From the human T2T-CHM13v2.0 reference genome, Homo sapiens: a stretch of 64,000 nucleotides of DNA. Under the pieces are notes generated by a model. It saw only the letters and a list, made by a program, of their open reading frames with translations, made no database searches and was not told the origin of the DNA. The stretch lies in the NCBI RefSeq assembly GCF_009914755.1, contig NC_060927.1. One strand, 5' to 3'. Position 1 is the stretch's first letter; the number at the start of each line of letters is the position of its first letter. The translations under genes were made by a program, and so were the position numbers. Positions 43,291-56,645 of the stretch are shown one piece after another.

Positions 43291-45087
43291 CTGCAAAGCA
43301 AGACCTGATGAGAGGCTGGCCCCAGGGGAGCTGGGGACAAGTGCCACTCCAGGACAACAACCCCTGAACAGACTCATGGATGGCCTGGGGCCAGGCTGGG
43401 CTTCTCTATGTACCTCCAAGTTGTTGCCTCATCCCAGGAGGCTTAATGGTCCTGGAGTGACCACCTTCTGGGAAAGAAGGAGCTGCCACATCCCAGGGCC
43501 CTCTGATGCTGGCTGCTGTCCTCATGCCCACCTCACCTCAACCCCCAGCTTCTCTGGGGTCCCCATGACAGTCCAGCTGATGGAGGACAGATGTGCCAGG
43601 CCTCTAGGCATGGCTGGGGACTAGGAAGGTGGGGCCCAGCTGCTCCTGACCCCCACTCACCTTGGTGCTAGCGCCCAGGTTCTGGTGTCCCTAGTGTGAC
43701 ACCGATGCCCGGGTGTTGTAGCAGCAGGCTGGAGACAGGGTGGGCCTGAAGGTGACTATGAGGCTCACAGATGGGTTCAGGAGACCTGGGTCTTGACCTC
43801 ACCAAGATGCTAACTGGTCTGTGTCCTCTGAAGGATTCAGTCTGGGACCTATGGAGGGCAGCAGTGCCCAGCCAGCTGGCCCTGTGGATGTGGGTGCTCA
43901 GCTCCCACTAAGGCACCCAGTAAGGCTGTCCAGCAGTCAAGATGGGATGACTGCTCTCTGGGCAGGCTGCTGGTGAGGCCCAGTGGGGCAGGAGTCAGGA
44001 GGGGCCCCAGCAATATCAGGCCAGGTCCCCACTCTCTGGATGAACTCCAGGCCATTGTCAATCATGGGCCCAGGTTGGGGGTGAGGCATGAGATGCTGGT
44101 CCAGGCCCAATCAGAACCAGTTCCCCCAACCCCTGGCACAAGCACCCCCGGCTCTCCTCTTTCTTTCTTGGAAAAATGTCATGGATCTGCCCTTCCCATC
44201 CTCAGGGCGAGCATCAACACCACACCAAGCCACGCACTGTCTGCCACACACCTGCTGCCTGCCCCTCGAGGTCTCTGCTAGGCTCTCACCTGCTGGCGAC
44301 ACCTTCCCCTGACTCCCCAGCTAATATTTAAGTCCTGGGCATCCTTAAGGGTCCAATTCCTGTGTCACCTCTTCCCCAAAACCTTTGCTGGCTACTCTAC
44401 TGGCAGGATCTACCTGCCTCAGACCACACCGCTTGGGGCCACCAGTTGTCCCCTACTGGATGGCACCTGCTAGCGTCCAGGGCCCTTATCAGATGAGAGT
44501 GGAGCCACAAAGGGGCAGTGCGGCAGACTGGTCACTGAGTGCACCACAAAGCCAAAGCCCACCAAGCCATGAAAATGCAGGCAGCCCCTCAGTGCTGACA
44601 GCAGCTGTGTAAGGATTCCGTGTGTGAGGCAGGCAGAGAGTCTGGACTACAGGGAGAGTCAGCAAACACAACGTTTCTGCCATGGGCAGCAACTGCCCAG
44701 CCTCAGCTCATGAAGGCATAGGGGGTTGTGGCCCACTACCTGCCGAGCCCACAGCAGGCTCTTGGAGCGTTCTCCTGAACAGCCACAGGCCAGGCCCCTC
44801 CACCAACACCGGGGAGCTGCACAGCCCCAGACTGGCCTCCCCTCGTTTTGGCCATGTCCCCTCTATCACATCGGTCTCCAGACCATACATCCTGGAGGCC
44901 GAGTGCAGCTGTGAGCAAGAGGCCTAATGATAGCCATCCTAGCGATGGCCTTAGGGGGCTGCACGGTGAACAGCTAGAGGAGGACTTGAGCCCAGCCCTC
45001 CAGAGCCCGGACTCCACTCCTCAGGCCTTGGCTCCACAGCTGAGACCTGCAGGTACTGAGGGCACCTACTGCATAGAGTTGTTATCA

Positions 45088-45542
45088 TGAATAAACACGC
45101 CGCTCTTCCAGGAGGATCTGGAACTCTGAATGTGCACGGTGAACAAATGCAAACCTGAAATAGCCAATCCTTCAAGATGGATCCCCAGCAGCAAACTGGG
45201 CCTAAATTTAAAACAGAGCCAAGTGGACACTTGCTGTCTAGGGGGTCACACATGTACTCTAGGTTCCCCTAAAACCTGCACCTTTTTATCTTTGAGTCTT
45301 TCAGAGCTCACCTGAACCAGCCAATCAGGGCTCAGCTGTACCAACCAATTAGAACTGGTTTCAACCCTTCCTTTGCATGGGAACCTGGGTGAGAGCTTTT
45401 GCTATAAAACCCCACCCTTCCCGTTGTTCTCAGGAATGCACCTTCCTGTTACACCAGAAGCTGCCTTTGGACGGTTTGCAAACTGGTCACTGGAATAAAG
45501 TCTCTGTTCTCCAAACTCATTTTCTGAGAACTTTTGTCCACA
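45088..45542 (+). mobile_element. ERV1-type solo LTR
   Basis: TG...CA ends; repeated ccaatc boxes, TATAAAA at ~45403 and AATAAA at ~45495. Confidence 0.7.
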
Positions 45543-46769
45543 GTACACACTCCAGAAGTATCTGCTTTTCTCATGAGATGCTTAGACGTATTGCCGATGT
45601 GTACTGAGTTCCTCAAAGATGCCAGCTACTGAACTAAACCTCTTCATGTGTGTTATCTCCTCTACCAATCCTCCATTGAGGAAGGGCTTGTTATTCCCAT
45701 TTTACAGATGCAGGACTTGGCTGCAGCTGTTGTAAGATAGCATCGTTTGACTCAGGTCTACATCTACAAACGATGACCCCAGCTCATCCCCAGAGCCACT
45801 CAGCTGTGGGCTCCAGGAGGGCTGTCTGTCCAGCTGGCCCTGCAACACCAGGGCAGGCCAAGTCAGGGCCAGAGCAACTGCTCCAGGGATATCTTTGGAA
45901 TAAATAGGATTTTTTTTAAACAGACCTTCAAGGTGTTCCACTTTCAAGAAGGAAGTTGCTGGCTCTCAGCACCTTTGGATCACACAAATGCCTCATGTCC
46001 ATCCTTGCTGAGCCTTGCCGCACATGTGCTGTTAACACCCAAGGTCCCCAGCTGTGCCCACCTGACTCTGCCCCTCACCCCCTGGGCTCCAGCTACAGTG
46101 CCCTCCCATGGTGACTCCCTGAACACAGGGAGGCCTCTGCCCTGTTAGGGCCTTGCCATTTGCTGTTCCTTCTCTCTTGAAGGTCTTCCCCCAGATCTCT
46201 TCTCTCCACCCAGGGAAGAAGGATACAGTGGGAGGGAGCATGAAGGGTCAGGAACAAATTCCAGGAAGTGAGCATGGATGGAAATTCATGTTGAGAAGAC
46301 TGAGTCTTAGAGACGAAAGCTCCCTACAGCATCATATTGGGGCAAAGCTGGATTGGAGACCAGGTGTGCCTTATGGGCAGCTTGTGTTGGTCACAGCCCG
46401 GGATGCTGCCTCTGGTGCAGCCTTTCTGGAAGGCTCCAGTGCTCACATTCTAATCACAGGGACATGGGCTTGACACCTGACTCTTTCAAATATTCCAGGA
46501 GCTTCTGTTTCACTTATTAAGTGTTGACAATGAGCCCCTAGAAGAGTCAGACTGAACTGGCCAGATCCCAGGGCCCCAGTTGCAGAGGAAGGAGCAGCAA
46601 GAAGACAACAGAAAGCTCCAAGACGAGATAGAACCAACACTGCACCTGGAGCCAAAACAGACACCCACAGAGGGCTGGCGCTGCCCAACTCTGGGGAGTG
46701 TGATTTGCAGAACACATGTGCACGGCACAACCTGCCCAACTGGATGGCAGCCCTGAAGTTGCCTCTTAC

Positions 46770-46895
46770 CCGCACAGCCTCCGCAGTAACCAGCTCTGCC
46801 TCTGTCAGCTCAAGGACACTGCTGGCTGCCCCCTTAAAGAAGTTCGAGGCCAGGATCATTTTGCCATCCTCCAGCTGAATATTCTTCACCAGCAG
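46770..46895 (-). CDS. ALDH1L1: ALDH1L1 exon 8 ([10 protein letters not shown]...TAEAVR)
   Basis: ttgcag|CTGCTG ... CGG|gtaaga; 126 nt. Confidence 0.97.
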
Positions 46896-46914
46896 CTGCA
46901 AAAGGAAGGATTTC

Positions 46915-47234
<320 letters not shown>

Positions 47235-48319
47235 TCACAGTTCCTGTGGTCGGACCTGAGGCAGTGATGAAGGTGTCCCACAAGGGGTGCTGTGCTGGGC
47301 GCTCCAGCCTTGTCTCCAACCTTCAGATGAGGAAGAAGCAGGGAGTCTCAGATTAGTGATGAGTTCAGAGTGGGGAGGCCACTATTCCAGGGACACAGAG
47401 GGAATTGCAGAGCTTGTGTCCCCTACCAGCTGCTCGATTTTCCATCACCCACTCCCACCACACTTTCACTTTGTTTTTAAGTGTAATGACTTTATTACTT
47501 CTATAAAAAAGGATTCCTACTGAACAAAAAAAGAAAACGTCATTCAGGCACCACATAGAAAGTCAACTTAGAAAAAAAAACTAATCTTGCAATCACCCAG
47601 TAGCTCCCAGAACTGCCACAGAAACACCTGGAGAACATCACCAGATGCCTGTGTGGGATACAGAGGTGGGAAGAGGAGAGGCTGAAAAAGGGTCTGGCCG
47701 GCCCTGCAGTCTGCAGCTTCAGGATAGCACTTCAAGCTGGTCCCAGGTAGAGCCTGCGTCCAGCCATCAGTTCAAGGGGATTCTGGCTGCCAGACATGAA
47801 CTGCCCCCATTGTAGCTCATGACTCTGGGCTACTCTAGTGTCTGCCTCAGATTTACTGTATTTAATAAGATGTTTGAATTGTTTGGGGCCTGCTTGTTTA
47901 TCAATAGTTTTTCAACAAATGCTTTTGTTAGGGGCCAGGAAAAAAAACACATGTACAAAAAGAGTTATGGATAAGCTCATGGGTGGGTGCATGTCACTGT
48001 GCGTTAAGAGTGGCTGTGTAAGAATGGTACTCTGTATGCATGCTCTGCCAGAACTGGAACTTGCCTCTCGGCCTGACCCTCGCCCCATTGCCTTTCAAAG
48101 ATGTTCTGGAGCTTTCTGCAAGCTAAAGCCCAGCCAGACTCCACAGGGCGTGGCTGAGAGATGCTTCAACCCAGGGTCTTCTGGGTTGATCTGTGGGGAG
48201 CAGGGTGTGTGTGCTCAGCTGGTCTCTCCTCACTCCCCTCCCACCCTGACCACCTCTGGACAGTGGACAAAGCTCTTGTGAGAGAGCTGATAACCCCAGC
48301 TTCCTCTTAAGACACTTAA

Positions 48320-48779
48320 TTGCCTTCTTTGCATTCCTGTCTTTGCAGGTCTCTGGACAGATGCTGTGGGTGCCCTGCTCAGACCCCTGTGGCTGGTGCC
48401 CTGTCCTCCAGCTGCAGCAAGGGCTGGATGATAACGGCCTGCACTGTCCCATCCTTGCTTGCTGTGGATGGATAAGAGCTCCTGTACACAAAGAGGCCGA
48501 GGGATTATGCCTGGTGGGTCCTCCACCCCACCCCAGGGGCCACTGAAACCAAAGGCTGACAGAGGTGGGGACAGGCAGGTATAATTGGAGGGTGCAGTTA
48601 ATACTCCAAAACCCACCCTGGGAGCAGCCCCAGGCTAGACTTCTCCTGAACCTTTACTTTTGCTTTGCTTTCCTCTGCCCTTACTGCCTCGCATGATTTT
48701 CTGGAACATTCCCTCAATAAATCACTTGCACAAGAATTTTTACCTTAGATGCTGCTTCTAGGGAACCTGACCACAGACA
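48320..48779 (+). mobile_element. ERVL-type LTR (LTR16-like); may extend 5' to ~48192
   Basis: 3' end aataaatcacttgcacaagaat...tgcttctagggaacctgaccacagaca. Confidence 0.6.
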
Positions 48780-49807
48780 GATATTCTCTTGCAACTGCAT
48801 ATATCAATCTTGGATACCCAAAACACTACATTGCAGACATCAACAGCAGCCTAGACCTTCTGACAGGGGAGCATGGCAGACTGGACACCAAGAGCGAGCA
48901 AAGGCCAGGCCCCATACTGCCACGCCTCACTCTGGTAGGCCGGACACAGCAACACGGCTGGGGGTACCACGCCCATGGGGTTTGTCCGGACCCTGTCAGT
49001 GTGTGGGAAGATCCCTGCCTGCCCTCTCCCTACCCCCGGCTGCTCATGTGAGAAGGAGTAGTAGAGTGCATATGAACAGGAAGCTACCATGGCCAAGACC
49101 AGCATCACGGCTTTGGAGCCAGAATTTCAGAGTCTGAATCCCAGCTCTGCCACGGGCTAGCTTGGATGATCCTGGACAAGTTATTTAAATCTCTGTTTTT
49201 TTCCTCTATAAGGATATAATATTTATACATATCTCATAGTGTTGTTAGGCAGATTAAATTTAACGCATATACATTGTTCTGGTATAAAAGGTGCTCCATC
49301 AGTGTTTGCTGGTACCGTGAGTTGTAGTCTGCTAATAACAAGAGCAGGTGGCCGGCATGGCTCCCAAGGCTCTGCACGTGCTAAGTTACCATGGCATCGC
49401 CGTTCAAAGAGATGGGAGCTGAGGCACAGAGGCTTAATGACCCCACACCCAGAGGTGTTTCTGATAGACCAAAGAGAGGCCCTGAACCCAGGCTCCCTGG
49501 GAGGGCTTCTCTCTGATTCTAGGTTGCCTGACACCCACACAGGGCACTCAGCCTGGAGATGGGTGCCTAGCCAGGAAGGGTAGGGAGCCCAGCTTTCCCA
49601 GAACAGAGAAGTGGGTAAACTGCCTCGGACACCCTGTGCTCAGGACCAGCCGGGTGGTCAGGGACAAATCAGGGTCAGTGTTCCTTCCTGGGTCTGGTTT
49701 TTTCCATTTTCTCCAGAGGAGCCTAGGGTCTTCCTGTGAGGCCTGAGTCCAAGGACAGGAGCATGGGTGGCTTTGAGCAGGCAAGTGACCCACAGCCGTG
49801 CCCTTAC

Positions 49808-49945
49808 CATTTTGTCATCATTCCCAAAGAGGATGAGTCCTGCTTTGGTGACCACCCCTGGCCGATGGGCTCCTGGGATGGGCAAAGCGTCTCCCTCGGG
49901 CACCAGGCCTGAAGTGTTCAGCGTTGAGTTGAAAAATGTCAGTTT
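49808..49945 (-). CDS. ALDH1L1: ALDH1L1 exon 7 ([10 protein letters not shown]...GNDDKM)
   Basis: tgacag|AAACTG ... ATG|gtaagg; 138 nt. Confidence 0.97.
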
Positions 49946-50917
49946 CTGTCAAGGGGAGAAATATCAGAAGATGGTGGGTGAGAAGAAGCCCCCGAAGCCA
50001 GTAGCCCAGGCAGGTCTGAGCAGGGCTGGGAGAGGGAGAGGGGCCAGGGGTAGCTGAGACCTGGGAGCCGGCTCAAAGCCCATGTGACCCCTGAGGCCCT
50101 TTCTCCTGGGGCACAAACAAGACCTGGAGGAGCCTCAGTGGCCTCAGGGAGCTGATGGCAGGTCTGCCTCAACTCTGCCATAAGACCCTTCTCCTTGGCC
50201 CATGGCCTCAGACCTGAGGTGCACAGACTGGGGGAGAATGTGCTCCAGGCATCACGGAATGAGGCTACCTGCCTTCAGGGTGCTGCCAAGGAGTGGTTGC
50301 TTTGATCAGAAGATGCATTTGCTAGTACAAAGGGCTCTGCGTTGATGAGGACAGCAGAGAGGCTTCTGGCCACAGTCTGGGCAGTCGGCTGGGGGTCAGG
50401 GGTCTGGAGAGTCTGAGACTGTGTGGGGGACAAGACTGCCCTCAAGGTTTGCACAAAGTCCACCACACACAGTCCCGCCACCCCTGATGCCTCACTAGAG
50501 CCTGTGACCCCCAAGTCTCCCCATCTTCAGCATCTGGCCTGCCCACGGTCAGCCTGGCCCTGAATGTGCTGCTCCACCCTGCCTGAGGCCAAGTCAGAGT
50601 GAGTACTGGGCCTGGGGTCTCCGCAAGCCCAGTGGTGAGACTCAAAATATTTCACCACCAATACAGCTGGGCCCCAGGGGCACTACAAGGGCCTGGAGGC
50701 CTCCAGCTACGCAGGACATCTATCCTTTAGCTACTGCAGGCTGGGTAGGTCTCTCACTCCTGGGGAAAGGCTGGGATGTTTAGGGGGCACCCAGTGGGAG
50801 TAGGGGCCAGGGCAGTAGCTATTTATTATACCAACCAGTTCAAACATGTGTGACAGTTTAATGGCCAGTGGGATACACCAATGCACGTGGCTGGATTCCA
50901 GCCATGCAGGGACACAC

Positions 50918-51007
50918 CTGTTCACAGGCCTCTGTCCAGGCTCCCGGCACCTTGTCGTTCCCGCGGATCCAGTTGTGAATGGCCTCTGCCGGCTGGTCCC
51001 AGTTGAT
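50918..51007 (-). CDS. ALDH1L1: ALDH1L1 exon 6 ([10 protein letters not shown]...TEACEQ)
   Basis: ccacag|ATCAAC ... CAG|gtgtgt; 90 nt. Confidence 0.97.
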
Positions 51008-51765
51008 CTGTGGGGAGCAAGGTGTGTGTGCTCAGCTGGTCTCTCCTCACTCCCCTCCCACCCTGATGACATCTGGACAGTGGACCAAGCTCTTGTGAGA
51101 CAGCTGGTAACCCCAGCTTCCTCTTAGACACTTGCAGGAGTCCCTGAGCTGGTGCCCCTAGTTCTGGGTGCTCTCTGACCCTCAGTCTCTCATGGGCTGA
51201 GCAGACTTCAGAATGGTTTGGGGAAGATAATGTTCTGTTGCTGTCAAGATGGCCCAGACCCTACACAGAGGCCCCAGCACAATGTACTCAGGCCCGTCCC
51301 ATAGGGCCCAACCTTTCACTGGCAGGGCCCCTGTGGGTCCCCACACAGCAACCCATACTCCTGAGCTGAGACACAGCCTACAGGCTTCTGAGGCTCCTCC
51401 ACTGGCTATTGCTCCAGAGACCCGCACTGTCCCTCACACCTTGCCTTGAAGACTGCTCGCACTACGGCTGACGTTTTGCCCCCTAACTCCCACTCTTATC
51501 TCCCTGTGGGCTTTGTCTGCCCATTCCTCCTAAAGAGGAACAGGAAAGAACCTGGAATGGACCCTGTTCGCTACCCTCCCAGGTGCCAGGGTCCTCCTCC
51601 TCCACGGCTCTCTTCATGCATCCCTGACCTGGGCTGCCCTGTGTTCTGGCCTCAAAGAATTACAACCTGCACCATCTGGGCTGAACCCCAGCCTCCTCAG
51701 GCTGCCCTCTACAACCCCAGTCTGCTCACAGGCAGGATGAGGGTGTGGAGGGACCCAGCACTCAC

Positions 51766-51867
51766 CTTGGCTGTCTCCTTCTTCTGAATCCCCTCATAGG
51801 TGGCTCCTTCCTCAGGCTGAGGGAGTCTGGGGGCTTTGCCCTCAGCGATCAGCCTCACGGCCTGCAC
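51766..51867 (-). CDS. ALDH1L1: ALDH1L1 exon 5 ([10 protein letters not shown]...KKETAK)
   Basis: ccccag|GTGCAG ... AAG|gtgagt; 102 nt. Confidence 0.97.
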
Positions 51868-52479
51868 CTGGGGAGATCCAGTGGGTTGCTATCCCCAGCA
51901 ATAGGACCTTGCCTCCTTCCCAGCCCCAGGGCCCACATTGAGCCTGGACCCTTCCCCAGACTGACCAGACTTGCCTGGTACACAGCAGTCACCCAAGAAA
52001 CACCTGCCATATGAACAAGGGAGTCAGCGTGAACCTAACTTCTATTGCACAACGGACACAGACCCGTCCTCTCTACCTGGCAAAGGTTTAGATTACATAG
52101 ATCTTACATCTTCTGATATCTTAGATGATTATATAAACTGTAAAGCCCTGCAGGTATAACACAGACACAAATGTCCATGTTGCTGTCTAAGCCTTCTCTG
52201 CCTTTAAAGAGAGTGGGTCCTGAGCCCCGTGGTGGGCTTGAAGGTGGAAGTTTGGAGGTCTGAGATGAAGCAGGAAGTTGTTTCTCTGTGACAGGAAAGA
52301 GGAAGGTGGTGGGAAAGGAATCAGAGAGGGAGAAGGAGAGCCAAGGAGTCTGGGCCCATGTGAGCAAGAGCCTGAGGGAAGAGACCGGGAGGTGCCAAGA
52401 ATGGGAAGTGACCGGGTGTCAGAGCATCTGAGGCAGGGCTGCCCAATGGAGCCCTCTGTGGTGATGGATGAGTTCCAAG

Positions 52480-52615
52480 TCTGCACGGTCCAACACGGTG
52501 GCCAGGGGACTTAGAATGTGGCTGAGACTGAGGAACTGAATTTTTCAGTATAATTCATTTTAATTGATTTAATAGCTGCATGTTACCAGTGGCTGCCTTG
52601 TTGGACAGTGCAGCT
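52480..52615. mobile_element. MER3-like DNA transposon
   Basis: Inverted ends gcacggtccaac / gttggacagtgc; internal gactgaggaactgaattttt. Confidence 0.7.
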
Positions 52616-53706
52616 TCAAGGAGTATTTGAGTTGCTTGCCGTGGGAAGCACAGGTAAGCTCCCTCTCTGTACCACTAAATCTCCAGCAACTCTACTTTGT
52701 TCACTATTTTTGTGAGCTGGTCAATCTGTGGGGAAGACAAGTTTAACACAACCGAAAAATAAAAGGCAGTGGCCAGGAGCTGAGGAGGACGAGGGGACAG
52801 TGGACACTGCAGCTGCTCTTCCTGCTGCGCCCACACAGCAAGGGCTCCCCAGGGCCTCCTTCCCTCCTGCTGCATGCCTGGACAGCACCTCTGCCTGTGG
52901 CCGTCCCTGCCAGCCTGTCCTCGGGCAGGGGCAAGCAGCCCTCACATATGATCCCCGGGCCCCTCCTGCAGCTGTGGGCTCCGGCCCATAGCCTGCCACC
53001 CTGCCTCTCAGCAGTACCAGCTGCCCAGGTGACTGAGCCGCCCCGCCGCTCAGGCCATGTGACCACAGGTCACGGCCTTCCCAGCAGGAAGCATGTGACT
53101 GAGACAGCCTATCAGAGCACTCCATCACCCCAGCTGGTGATTGGCTCATGAGGATCACATGACCCCCAAGCTGGCCAATCAGAATCTCCCCTGATTTGTG
53201 ATTGATGAATTCTAGGAGAAAAAGTGTTTCTCTTTCCCTGGAATCAAGAATTAGAATCCTTGAGCTATAGTGGCTATCTTTCCTCTAATTCAGGGCAGCC
53301 AAACTGAGAATGAAACAAATCACACAGAGAAAAGGAGAATCAACGAGTGAAAGAGAGAGAAATAGAATCCTAACGATGTCATAATTGAAGCTCCTGGATT
53401 CAGCAGGGTGTGACCCAGTCCCTGCCTTTAGCCTTCCTTGTCTATTGAACGGGCCCCAAAATGTCCCCTTTTTGCCAAACGCTTTTTGAGCTGGGTTCTG
53501 TCCGTTGTGAGCAAGATTCCCTCCTAATACAATACACTGTTTGTCCTAATCCTGCCTCTGAAACCTTGAAGTGAGAGCTCCTCTCCCTCCAGAATCCTGA
53601 ATTTGGGGAACAGATTCCTGGCCTCCAGGAGCGGTGGGCTGGGTCTAGGGAGGATGCTTGAGGGTGCGTCGGGGCGGGCAGGGCGCGGCCGGCTCCAGGT
53701 CCTCAC

Positions 53707-53872
53707 CATCCCTTTGATGCCTTCAGGGAAGAGGAAGCGGTTGTACAGCGTGCTCACGGTGTCGTCCGGGAGCACCTCACACTCCTTCTGCAGCAGCAGG
53801 TCTCCGGTGTCCAGACCATCATCCGCCCAGAAGATGGAAAACCCCCCTTTCTTATCTCCGTGAATGAGGGTC
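53707..53872 (-). CDS. ALDH1L1: ALDH1L1 exon 4 ([10 protein letters not shown]...EGIKGM), Asp142
   Basis: tcctag|GACC ... ATG|gtgagg; 166 nt; LDTGD formyltransferase motif. Confidence 0.97.
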
Positions 53873-54029
53873 CTAGGAAGCAGAAGAGTGAAACCTGGAG
53901 TCCACGATGAAGGGCCACGGAGGATGTCCTGGGTACAGGCCCGTGGACCTGCCACCCTCCAGGAGGCCCTCTCTTCCCAGGGGTAGGACTGACACCGGCT
54001 CCGGCGGGAAACGGAAGAAGGAAAACAGC

Positions 54030-54230
54030 ATGTATTGATAACAACCATGGGCCAGGAATTGTGCTAAAAGCTCTATATGCCTTATGTAACTGAGTCCTCA
54101 CAGCAGGGATAACAGGTATACTCGGTTTACAGATAGGGAAACTAAGGCCCAGAAAAGTGAAGCGACACCCACAAAGATCAGAGAGCCTGAATCTCAACAG
54201 ACCAGTCCGACTACAAATCCACTCTCTTTT
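54030..54230. mobile_element. MIR (similar fragments at ~10200-10400, 21110-21430, 24700-24870, 34460-34660, 45600-45770, 49090-49500)
   Basis: MIR core tttacagatagggaaactaaggcccaga. Confidence 0.7.
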
Positions 54231-54435
54231 CTCAACTCAAATGTCTTCCCTCTTTGACCACCCATCTGCCTTGTCACCCCATTTGTTGTCTTGGGAATTC
54301 TGTCCCCTCAGAGTACCTTGTGGAGGCCATCCTTTGCTCCATCTTTATCTCTTTCTACGAAGTGTGCTGCCCAGAGCAGCGGCAGTGGAAGTTAGAGTAG
54401 GACCCCCAGCCCACCGCCTGGGGTGGCACCCTGGC

Positions 54436-54489
54436 CCCTGCGCCTCCTGGTGCCCTCTCTGTCCCTGCGCCTTCTGGTGCCCTCTCTGT
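54436..54489. repeat. 27-bp tandem duplication (2 copies, 1 mismatch)
   Basis: ccctgcgcctcctggtgccctctctgt / ccctgcgccttctggtgccctctctgt. Confidence 0.9.
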
Positions 54490-54768
54490 CTCAGCTGGGG
54501 GATGGGAACACTGACAGTGCCAGCTTCTCCAATAACTGTGGGAATGCAGAGAGCTTAGCAACACCTGCTCCCAGTGCTCTAGAGCCTTCACTCATTGATA
54601 ACGTTGCACAGCCTGTTCTGTGGCTGACATCTGGCAGCCACAGGACAGGCACCTGCACGATGCCCACTCTGCAGCCCTAGAAATGCTTTGGGCTAATGGA
54701 AAGTGACAAGTCAGGCTGATGGAGGGACATGTATGGGGATGGCCCCCTGTGTTTTTGCCCCATCTCAC

Positions 54769-55003
54769 CAGTTGATGGCCGAGGCCCCTCGGTGCCTAGG
54801 GAGCAGTGACGGGTGATAGATGATGGAGCCATGCCGGGGGGCACTGATTATCTCCATGGGGATGAATTGGCTGCAGAAGGGCAGGACGTTGAGCTCGGCC
54901 CCCAAAGCCTGGTATTTTGCCACCACATCAGGCAAAGCCTGTCCTTTTGCACGCCACCGGGAGTACTTGAATACCGGCACTCCATCCTTCTCAGCTTCCA
55001 GAC
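54769..55003 (-). CDS. ALDH1L1: ALDH1L1 exon 3 ([10 protein letters not shown]...[15 protein letters not shown]), His106
   Basis: ccacag|GTCTG ... ACTG|gtgaga; 235 nt; HPSLLP folate-binding motif. Confidence 0.97.
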
Positions 55004-55585
55004 CTGTGGGACGGTGGATAAGAAACTGGCCCCTCTCCATAACCCACCCACACGCAGCCACCTCTGCCTTCCCAGCAGAGCAGCTCATAGGACTTCTCTC
55101 CATTCCTGCCCCCTCACCCACACCCCAGCCAGGCTCCACTGGGCAACACAGACGGATGCACCAGCCAAGCATGAGGCTCTGGGGACTGCCCTGCCTGCAT
55201 CCTGACTTTTGCTGAACCCCAGGACCTCTGAGTGCCTCCCTCTTCCAGAACCCAGATGGCTGACCTCTGCCCTCATTCCTCTCCTGAGGCCTTGCCATCC
55301 CCGTCACTGAGTTACTGTCTTCCGGCCCCCTCTACTGCTCACTCTGTGATGGGGACTGCCCCCCTGCAGATGGCATTTCTGCTTTGTCAGCTGTTCCCTG
55401 ATGGAGGAAGAAGGGGAAGAAGGGCAACAGGGCATCCCCACTCCTTTCTGTCCAGTGGGTTCCTGTCCTGTGAGCCTCCCCCAGCCCAGCTTCTTCATCC
55501 CAGTCACAGTCGTTCCTTCTCAGAGCAATGGCTAAATCAGTTTTTCCATCATCTGCAGAACTAGCCTCAATATGCACACATGCGT

Positions 55586-55611
55586 GCACACACACACACA
55601 CACACACACAC
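55586..55611. repeat. (CA)n microsatellite
   Basis: Perfect CA run. Confidence 0.9.
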
Positions 55612-56645
55612 CCCAGAGGACCAGATACAGCCTGCAGGGCCCCTCCTCCTGCCCCGTCACCAGCACACCCTCCTCACAGGTCTGGATTACAGGCCCAAGC
55701 TCCCAAGTTTTTATAGTTAAAGCGTCCTCCTTTATCTTAGCCTTACAGTGGCAGCTGCTTCCTGCAGTCGCTGTCCCCAATAACTTTGGGCTCTCTGCCT
55801 TCCACTCTTCAATACCCAAGGAACACTTCTTTGTATTCAGTTCTCTGTTAGAGCCTCTGGTGTGATGTTTGGGCCCTGACTGGACTGGCTCTCCTCTCCG
55901 GTCTCCTCCTCTGTCACTCTGTCCTGGTGTCTGGTAGTTTTGAGAGAGGGTGGGATGTGATGTCAGCAGATTGGACTGCACTTGCAAAAGCTGTCCCACA
56001 GTGACCAATGAAATACTGCTTCAGGACATCTGAGATCAAGGCCAAGTAGGAGTCCCAGCCAGGCCTGGTCTGGGTCCAGGGTCAGCAGCTGGGGTCAGTG
56101 GTCACTTAGTGGCTGGGTGTAGGACCCAGGCTGTGGTGGGGTCAGGGTATGTCATGGGTCACTTGTGGTCAGGTCCAAGACTGAAGCCTGGCTGGCATTG
56201 GGTGTTGAGTGTTGGAGTTGATTCTAGGGCCAGGCTGCAGCTTCCCCACTGAGGGAGACTGGCTTTCCTTAACAAACTACACCTCTGTGCCTGGCCAGGC
56301 CTACAAGCCCCCTTTCCTAATCCTGGCCCTCTATCCTTAAGCCCTGCCCCACAGTCTGTCTCCATCAGGCCTGAGAAGGACCAGTCAGTGTTCCTAGAGG
56401 GTCTGTTCATCCAAGCTGAGGCCCCTGCATCCTGTCTGCTGAGGTTCCCAGCTCAAAGGCAGTGACCCAGACCCATGATTCTCAAAACGTGCTTTTCCTA
56501 GTACAAGAGATGCCAGTATCTCCCAGGAACTTGTCCCAGGTTAACAATTTCACCTAATTCTGACTTTTCCACCTCATTCTGAATCCGAAACTCTCAGGGT
56601 GCGCTTAGTACTCTCTGTGTTTTTTTCTTTTCTTTTACAAAATGC

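Noticed and set aside
54436-54489. Short direct repeats as a possible CRISPR-like array
   Set aside because: Two adjacent copies with no spacers, in eukaryotic DNA; simple slippage
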